12,423 bases of DNA, taken from contig JAHQWH010000238.1 of the NCBI GenBank assembly GCA_029856105.1, forward strand, positions 1 to 12,423. The letters are read 5' to 3'. Both the position numbers and the translations under genes were made by a program. This document shows positions 6,606 to 12,423 of the stretch, piece by piece (the first letter of the stretch is position 1; every line of letters starts with the position of its first letter). This DNA is from Promethearchaeia archaeon. GTDB taxonomy: Archaea > Asgardarchaeota > Lokiarchaeia > Sigyniarchaeales > SOKP01. The notes below the pieces were generated by a model. It did no database searches, had not been told where the DNA came from, and saw nothing but the letters and a program-made list of their open reading frames with translations.

Positions 6606-7427
6606 TTGCAAATATTTGAGGCGCTTGAATTAAGAGAATTTCCTTATTTCTTGACTGTTGATGTTGAGGGAGGAGAAACAGTTGGAGATATAATTACTGA
6701 TCTTAATAGTCGCAAAGTTTATTTGCTTATAGATCACGATACTAAAAGGATTTGGACTTATAATGGCCCTAATAGCTCTTTAAAGCTTCAAGTTTTCGGA
6801 GGAATTTTAGCGGGAATGTTCCGTAAACAATTAAGATTGTTCTACAGAGTTTATTCGTTAAATTTTTATTCTAAAGATGGTCCTGAATTTAAAGAAGTAA
6901 TGGATAAACCCATTGGAGATGGAAGAGCAAGATCTATCGATAAAAAGGACTTTTCTGATTCAGGAATGCAAAGTACAGAGAGAGAAATGAATATCCGCAA
7001 TCCAAGATTAAGTAAAGCTATGGAAAATATAAATCTCTGTACTAAACCAGAAGACCTTAACAGAATCTTTATAATTGTTGGCGGTATTATTTATTCCGAA
7101 GAAGAGGTTCCAGAAGCTATGCTCATTGAGGAAAAAAGTTCCGTTAACCTTGTAAAAATGGGAAGATTAAATAATGGGTTCACATTATTCGATGATCGAA
7201 ACTATTCAACGCGAATAATTGTTAAGGATAGGGTAATTCAAGGAATTGAGCTCTTTGTCCATAATTACGATGAAATGCCCTCTTTACGCATTAAATCGCC
7301 CATAATTCACGAAGATAAAATAAGTGAAGAAGGAGATATGGAAAAATTAATTACTTCCTTTGAAATTCCTGACTCGTTACCAGATATCGAAGCTACGGAA
7401 GGCGAAAACCAAAACAAAAACACTTGA
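6606..7427 (+). CDS. Putative gelsolin-like domain protein with an uncharacterised beta-rich C-terminal domain
   Basis: N-terminal DLNSRKVYLLIDHDTKRIWTYNGPNSS + long helix + DGPEFKEVM resembles the gelsolin-repeat pattern (LNSxxvFiLD..iyvWxGxxSs..helix..ExxeF). Recognised by eye only. TTG start. Confidence 0.6.
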   Translation: MQIFEALELREFPYFLTVDVEGGETVGDIITDLNSRKVYLLIDHDTKRIWTYNGPNSSLKLQVFGGILAGMFRKQLRLFYRVYSLNFYSKDGPEFKEVMDKPIGDGRARSIDKKDFSDSGMQSTEREMNIRNPRLSKAMENINLCTKPEDLNRIFIIVGGIIYSEEEVPEAMLIEEKSSVNLVKMGRLNNGFTLFDDRNYSTRIIVKDRVIQGIELFVHNYDEMPSLRIKSPIIHEDKISEEGDMEKLITSFEIPDSLPDIEATEGENQNKNT

Positions 7428-7595
7428 AAAAACTAAAATAATTCTTTTAATAAATCCTTACTCTCTTATTTTTTCAATTTTATTAAAGATAATTTTAATA
7501 ATAGAGAATTAACTCTAATTTAATGTAGTAAAGAATTATTTTATAATATCTAAAAAATATAAAATTTTAAATAGATAATAATTGCGTTGTTTTAT

Positions 7596-8867
7596 ATGGC
7601 TAAAACTGACTATTTTATAGGAGAAGCACTTCTAGGTGCTGGGAGCTCGTTAGCTCATATCGATCTAATCATCGGCTCCAAAGACGGACCCGTGGGAATT
7701 TCTTTTGCTAATGCCCTTAGTAACCCTTCAATAGGTCATGGAGGGCTTCTAGCGTGTATTAGACCGAATTTATTAACTAAACCTGTTACTATGGTAATTC
7801 CAAAAGTAACTGTTTCAAAAATGGAAGAGGCTAATAAAATTTTTGGGCCCGCTCAAGCGGCTGTTGCTAAAGCAATAGCGGATGCTGTCGAAGAAAACCT
7901 CATTCCGATGAATAAAATTGATGAATGGCTTTTAATTGTGAGCGTTTTTATCCATCCTGAAGCAAAAGATTACAGGAAAATATATCAGTATAATTATGGT
8001 GCTACAAAGTTAGCTATTCAAAGGGCTTTAAACAATTATCCTCCAATTAAGAAAATTTTCTACGATAAGGATCGCGCGAAACATCCTGTTGCTGGATTAA
8101 AAGTTCCAAGACTTTGGAGACCGCCCTATATACAAGTTGCTTTAGATGCGCCAAGTTTGGAACACCAATTGAAAGTTGTTAACCAACTCCCAAAAAGCGA
8201 TAGAATCATTTTAGAAATTGGAACTCCGTTTCTTAAGAAATATGGAATGGAGGCAATGATAAAGATACGGGAGGTTGCTCCAGAGAAATTCATAGTCGCT
8301 GATTTAAAAACGCTTGATGTCGGCAAATTAGAGGTGGATTTTGCTTTTGATGCTACTGCCGACGCTGTAGTAGCAAGTGGTCTAGCATCTCCCAAATCAA
8401 TTGATAAGTTTCTATTAGAAGCAAAACGTCTTGGAATTTATGGGTTCGTTGACACAATGGAAGTGGTTGATCCCATCGAGAAATTAAAGCAATTGAAACA
8501 AATACCAGATGTTGTCATTCTTCATAGAGCGATAGATGTAGAAAGCTCCATGGAAGGTTCAGATGACGCCCAAAAACTAAAATGGCAATTCGTTCCTAAA
8601 ATAAAAGAACTGTATGCTGATAAAAAATTAGCATCTGGAAAAGATCGCGTGTTAGTAGCAGTTGCTGGAGGAATCGAACCATCTACAGCTGAATATGCTC
8701 TAAAAATGAAAGCAGATATCTTAATAGTTGGTAGATATATTACTTCCAGCAAGGATATTAAGAACTCCATGCGTCAATTCATCAACATCTTGCCAGGATA
8801 CTCTGATATAGACCTAAAGCGTATACATGTAGACGACGACGATACTAACGACCTAAAATCTAAATAA
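7596..8867 (+). CDS. fae-hps: Bifunctional formaldehyde-activating enzyme / 3-hexulose-6-phosphate synthase (Fae-Hps)
   Basis: Fae domain: GEALLG, AHIDLIIGSKDGPVG, FGPAQAAVAKA, YQYNYGATKLAI. Linker RLWRPPYIQVALD. HPS domain: EIGTP, ADLKTLDVG, LHRAIDVE, VAVAGGI, ILIVGRYIT. ATG 7596 is preferred to TTG 7587. Confidence 0.95.
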   Translation: MAKTDYFIGEALLGAGSSLAHIDLIIGSKDGPVGISFANALSNPSIGHGGLLACIRPNLLTKPVTMVIPKVTVSKMEEANKIFGPAQAAVAKAIADAVEENLIPMNKIDEWLLIVSVFIHPEAKDYRKIYQYNYGATKLAIQRALNNYPPIKKIFYDKDRAKHPVAGLKVPRLWRPPYIQVALDAPSLEHQLKVVNQLPKSDRIILEIGTPFLKKYGMEAMIKIREVAPEKFIVADLKTLDVGKLEVDFAFDATADAVVASGLASPKSIDKFLLEAKRLGIYGFVDTMEVVDPIEKLKQLKQIPDVVILHRAIDVESSMEGSDDAQKLKWQFVPKIKELYADKKLASGKDRVLVAVAGGIEPSTAEYALKMKADILIVGRYITSSKDIKNSMRQFINILPGYSDIDLKRIHVDDDDTNDLKSK

Positions 8868-8868
8868 A

Positions 8869-8898
8869 TTTTAATTTTTAACCTTCTCTTTTTATTTC
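8869..8898 (+). terminator. Putative archaeal U-rich terminator after fae-hps
   Basis: Pyrimidine/T-run tract directly after the stop codon at 8867. Confidence 0.35.
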
Positions 8899-8995
8899 CT
8901 CTAATAAAATTTAAACTTCTATTAACTTAACTCTTAAAATTAAAAAAAAAAGAAATATAATTAGTGAAAAAAATTTATAGGAAATTGATTTTGCA

Positions 8996-9319
8996 ATGAC
9001 CGAAAGAAAAACTTATTCCGTTTTAATTATTGACAATTTTCATTTTGATCCTGAACATGATATGGTAATCGAAGGTTTTCCAACTGTTGATTTGGCTATT
9101 GAATATGCACGTTGTATTGTTCGTTCATCAATAGAACATCATCGAAAACCCAAACAGACAAAGGAAAAATTAAAACAACTGTGGCATCTATTCGGAGAAA
9201 GTGCACTAGTTATTGGACACAAATATCGAGGTAGTGACGAACTTGATTTCTTTATCAATAATCCTGTAAAAGATGACAAACTTGATTGTAAGAAAATTAG
9301 AGAAAAGGCAGGATTGTAG
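8996..9319 (+). CDS. Hypothetical protein (107 aa)
   Basis: ATG-started ORF with globular composition (IDNFHF, GFPTVDLAIEYAR, LWHLFGE, ELDFFINNP). No family can be confidently named. Confidence 0.75.
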   Translation: MTERKTYSVLIIDNFHFDPEHDMVIEGFPTVDLAIEYARCIVRSSIEHHRKPKQTKEKLKQLWHLFGESALVIGHKYRGSDELDFFINNPVKDDKLDCKKIREKAGL

Positions 9320-9327
9320 TAAAGATT

Positions 9328-9578
9328 CTAGAATAGATTTTCTTTTAGAAAATCATAAGTTTTCCATCTAACTTATTTTGGAAATGTATGTCCTCCTTAA
9401 AAAGTAATAGTTACAAATTTTTTCTTTTTTTCGAGAGTAGATGTTTTCCAGTTATTGTTATATCAGAAGCACCGGTTATTGCTAAGAATCTTGTTGAGGG
9501 GATATGATCTGGGAAGAAATCAAAATCATAACCATCGCCTCTTAAACAAGGAATAACTGTTTCCGGAGTGTTATTAAC
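9328..9578 (-). pseudogene. Decayed C-terminal fragment of an alpha/beta-hydrolase
   Basis: Manual translation gives VNNTPETVIPCLRGDGYDFDFFPDHIPSTRFLAITGASD..., then after a frameshift near the A-runs KFVTITF*GGHTFPK*VRWKTYDFLKENLF*. This matches the order of acid motif (LAITGxxD), catalytic His motif (GGHxFP) and terminal helix (YDFLKENL). No start codon, two internal TAA stops. Confidence 0.65.
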
Positions 9579-9614
9579 TTATCAATAAAGTGTTCAGAAA
9601 CAATTCAAAATGTT

Positions 9615-9637
9615 AAAAAAAGAAAGATAAAAAAAAA
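9615..9637 (-). terminator. Putative U-rich terminator downstream of the TrmB-like gene
   Basis: Two T-runs (9 and 7 nt) on the minus strand, 45-70 nt after the stop at 9683. Confidence 0.4.
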
Positions 9638-9682
9638 CTCTTGTATTAAATTATCCGGTTTGGGATTTTGGTTAAGCTCCTC

Positions 9683-11938
9683 TTATTTTATTGGTCGACT
9701 GTTGGCCTGAAAAATAGGCCCGATAAATTGGGAGTATAATATACTGTAGGCTGTCTGATTGGAAACCACGCTTATCATTTCTCCTTCTTTTTCCGTTGCA
9801 GGACCAATGATGACTTCTTCAGCGTCTCTGGTTAGCGCAAAGAATTCGCCAGCTCCACTTAATTGCCGGAATTGGATATTACCTAGCGCAATCATCTTTT
9901 TTATGATATCGCCGTAGGTTGCCATATCAAACCTCGATGTTAGCATGAACCTTACCGCCTTTTTCTGATAAGCGTATTCACTTATAACTTGTAAAATCTC
10001 TGGAAGCACGTAGGGCATTACGATAATAATTGATGATTTTACCCTATAAATAGCATCCTTCATAGCTGCAACTAGAGCCTCTCGTCCTACCACTTGCCAC
10101 GTCGTAATGTCCATTATTTCTGGAATTGAACTTGAAGTGTTGTGTATATCACCAAGCTTTATTTCGTTCTTTTCGGCTAACTCTGTGGCGTCGTCAATGG
10201 AGTTCATAAAGTGGAGCGTGAAATCGGCGATCGCATCTTTAATGTTTTGTGTTGTGTCTCGCGTAGTATTCGATAAACTATTTTGTAAAGTTTTCGCATT
10301 TTCTTCGTATTTAGACTTATGATCAATAAGCATTTCGCTTAAGTTTCTATCTAAGTCTGTTGATTCATCGCCCCATAAGTTAATTTCAGCGGTAATTTTG
10401 TCAGAACTGTCTCTTTTTCCACCAATGAATTTATCGTCAAGGTCTCTAATCCAATCCTCTTTTATTCTTTTAACATCGGTGTCATAAGCAGTATAGTGCC
10501 TTAATGATTCTTCTTTATGTTTATTAATTGCTTCGTCGTATTGTTTATGGTGGGTTTTTAGCGAGTTCTCTAGCGAATCTTTAAGCTTAACATTGGTATC
10601 GGAGCAATCTTTTACGCCACTTTGCAAAGTGTTATCGATCTCTCCCGACATATCACTCGCAAGCGTTTCTAATTGTACATTTATGGTCTCTTGTGCTTTA
10701 TGATCTAAATCGTTGGTTTCACTAACGACATTATCGTTTTCTAAAGTTATAATATCTGTGATGTCCGTTTTCATGCTGTCCGAAGTAATTCGCGTATCTT
10801 TTACATATGTCTCACTTGTGTTTGTAAAATCGTTTTTCATAGGTTCAGTATATTTGAGAATGTTTTGAATCGTAGTTTCATGTCTTGCTTTATACTTTTT
10901 CTTTTTACCCATCCAAAAAAATCCCTTTTTACCCATTTCAGCCGAAAAATCTGTAAACCTATTAGCGTGTTCTAAAAGATTATCAATTAAGGTTAACGTC
11001 ATACTTTTAAATTCATTGGTTTGGTCAGTTAACGTCCTATGTCTTTCGTCGACTGTTGCTCTTAAATTAGTTTGAAGGGTGTCAGTGGTGTTCTTAAGGT
11101 GGTTTAAGTGTTCTTTTAATAGATTTGAAATCCTTTCTTTAAGGTCTACGATTATCTTGTCCATTCTTTCCAAATATTTTTCAAGAATTTGTTCCATTCT
11201 AGGTTTAAGATCGTTTGCGATAGTTTTATGTCGATCTACATGATCATCTAAATCTTTTTTCAGTTCTCTTTCTAAATCTTCTACTCTTTTTGAAAAATCA
11301 GATAATAACTCTGAAATTAATCCTGTTAAACTATCCTTTGTTTTATTTACCGTAGATTCGTTTTCTCTTACTCTAGTATCTGAGATATTTTTAATATCTG
11401 AATTTAGCGTGCCCATTATAGAATGAAGATTTTCTTCCAATGTTTTAGATGTATCCGTAAACCGGTTTCTAGAACTGTTAATTCGGTCTCTTTTGTTGTT
11501 GTTCTTAGTGTCTGAATCTTCAAAAAAAGCTTTTATTTGGTCGTCAACGGCAGTTACTACTTCATTAATGCTTTTATCTTGGATAGCCTGCAAACTTTCA
11601 AATCGATCTGATTGATCTGCTAAAATTGAGTCTTTTATTTTAGCAATTTCGTCCCTAAACATCTTAGACTCTCCGATGTACAATTCAAAGTATGGTTCTA
11701 ATGGAATAAACCTGTCAACAATTCCAGTTACTTTTTTGAGAAAACCCTTTTCAACCAACCAATTAGTAACCTCAATAACGCTTTCATATGTCAATTCAGG
11801 GTGGTTTTCCGTTAAAGTTAAATAAACTTCCGACGAAGTTGCTCTTGGGACTCTAAGATAAACAATATATACATTAATTTGGTCTTCAGAGAAACCATAT
11901 CTCGTGAAAATTTCCTTCGTAAATTCTTTTAAGCTCAT
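9683..11938 (-). CDS. TrmB-like protein: N-terminal wHTH, about 520-aa helical (hendecad coiled-coil) insert, C-terminal degenerate PLD-like domain
   Basis: aa 1-83 YGFSEDQINVYIVYL...ATSSEV...LVEKGFL...RFIPLEP is TrmB-type wHTH-like. aa 612-751 WQVVGREALVAAMKDAIYRVKSSIIIVMP...TRDAEEVIIG is TrmB effector/PLD-like with no intact HKD. The middle is helical with 11-residue periodicity. SD GGAG at 11950-11947. Confidence 0.8.
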   Translation of the reverse strand: MSLKEFTKEIFTRYGFSEDQINVYIVYLRVPRATSSEVYLTLTENHPELTYESVIEVTNWLVEKGFLKKVTGIVDRFIPLEPYFELYIGESKMFRDEIAKIKDSILADQSDRFESLQAIQDKSINEVVTAVDDQIKAFFEDSDTKNNNKRDRINSSRNRFTDTSKTLEENLHSIMGTLNSDIKNISDTRVRENESTVNKTKDSLTGLISELLSDFSKRVEDLERELKKDLDDHVDRHKTIANDLKPRMEQILEKYLERMDKIIVDLKERISNLLKEHLNHLKNTTDTLQTNLRATVDERHRTLTDQTNEFKSMTLTLIDNLLEHANRFTDFSAEMGKKGFFWMGKKKKYKARHETTIQNILKYTEPMKNDFTNTSETYVKDTRITSDSMKTDITDIITLENDNVVSETNDLDHKAQETINVQLETLASDMSGEIDNTLQSGVKDCSDTNVKLKDSLENSLKTHHKQYDEAINKHKEESLRHYTAYDTDVKRIKEDWIRDLDDKFIGGKRDSSDKITAEINLWGDESTDLDRNLSEMLIDHKSKYEENAKTLQNSLSNTTRDTTQNIKDAIADFTLHFMNSIDDATELAEKNEIKLGDIHNTSSSIPEIMDITTWQVVGREALVAAMKDAIYRVKSSIIIVMPYVLPEILQVISEYAYQKKAVRFMLTSRFDMATYGDIIKKMIALGNIQFRQLSGAGEFFALTRDAEEVIIGPATEKEGEMISVVSNQTAYSILYSQFIGPIFQANSRPIK

Positions 11939-12373
11939 AAGCTTTTCTCCATTTCTAAAATTAAAATCTAATAAAATTCATATTAATTAAATTAAATTTA
12001 ATCTGAATTTCTTTTTAATATTATTTAAAATATTTTATATATAATAATATTTTCAAAATGATAATATTAAAACTTAAGGATTAAGAAGCTTCATTTTTTG
12101 AGACTTTAATACAGTATCTAATAATATGTTTAAATATAATCAAAAAGATAAACAAAAATTTTAGAAATCTTTCCGCAAATTGTTTTAAAAAATTTTATAT
12201 AATTAAAAATAAAATAAGGGTTAATCCTAAAAATTGAAACCATACCTAAACTTTAAAATTTGCTTTCAGATTAAAAGTAAATCATATCCTTTTCAATCGG
12301 GTAATTTTATTCCTCAATCCTTTTTATATGCCCTTTTCTTGTTTTAATTAAAACAATTTAGTGAAAAAAAAAA

Positions 12374-12423
12374 ATGAAAAAATTAAGTAAAATTCTCTTA
12401 GGCACAATTTTTCTAATGATCCT
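12374..12423 (+). CDS. 5' start of a probable secreted or membrane protein (truncated by the window edge)
   Basis: ATG 12374 gives MKKLSKILLGTIFLMI..., a basic n-region plus hydrophobic h-region typical of a signal peptide. Open to the end of the window. Confidence 0.5.
   Translation, partial: MKKLSKILLGTIFLMI

Noticed and set aside
8126-8770. Two minus-strand ORFs (89 and 82 aa)
   Set aside because: Antisense shadows of fae-hps.
10107-10322. 71-aa plus-strand ORF
   Set aside because: Antisense to the 751-aa gene.
9683-11938. Calling the 751-aa protein SMC/Rad50 or an active phospholipase D/nuclease
   Set aside because: No Walker A/B or ABC signature, no CxxC hook and no intact HxKxxxxD motif.
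11939-12373. Long AT-rich spacer as a replication origin or repeat array; includes palindrome ATTAAATTTAAT (11991-12002) and TAAGGGTTAA shared with 4321-4330
   Set aside because: No ORB-like G-string repeats, no adjacent cdc6/orc1 in the window and no regular repeat-spacer pattern. Consistent with a divergent promoter region and chance matches.

Overview
AT-rich archaeal window, most likely from an Asgard archaeon (Lokiarchaeia-like). That assignment is inferred from gene content: a gelsolin-like protein, a Fae-Hps fusion and archaeal informational genes. The left half is a rearranged version of conserved archaeal informational clusters: rpoE1 (partial), spt4, an inverted DUF359 dephospho-CoA kinase plus a small membrane protein, rps24e, rps27ae, kae1, bud32, a ribbon-helix-helix regulator, rpl7ae-rps28e, a solitary rpoN, and rps6e-rpl24e. 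The right half encodes a divergent gelsolin-domain protein, Fae-Hps, a small hypothetical protein, a decayed alpha/beta-hydrolase remnant missed by the ORF track, and a 751-aa TrmB-like protein. The TrmB-like protein is the most striking feature. Its wHTH and PLD-like domains are separated by about 520 residues of helical sequence with clear 11-residue periodicity in the first arm. A basic-aromatic motif (MGKKGFFWMGKKKKY) sits at the midpoint, suggesting a hairpin rod of about 38 nm that could tether DNA to membrane. A candidate multi-hairpin RNA lies between rpl7ae and rpoN. No rRNA, tRNA, CRISPR array or mobile element was seen.
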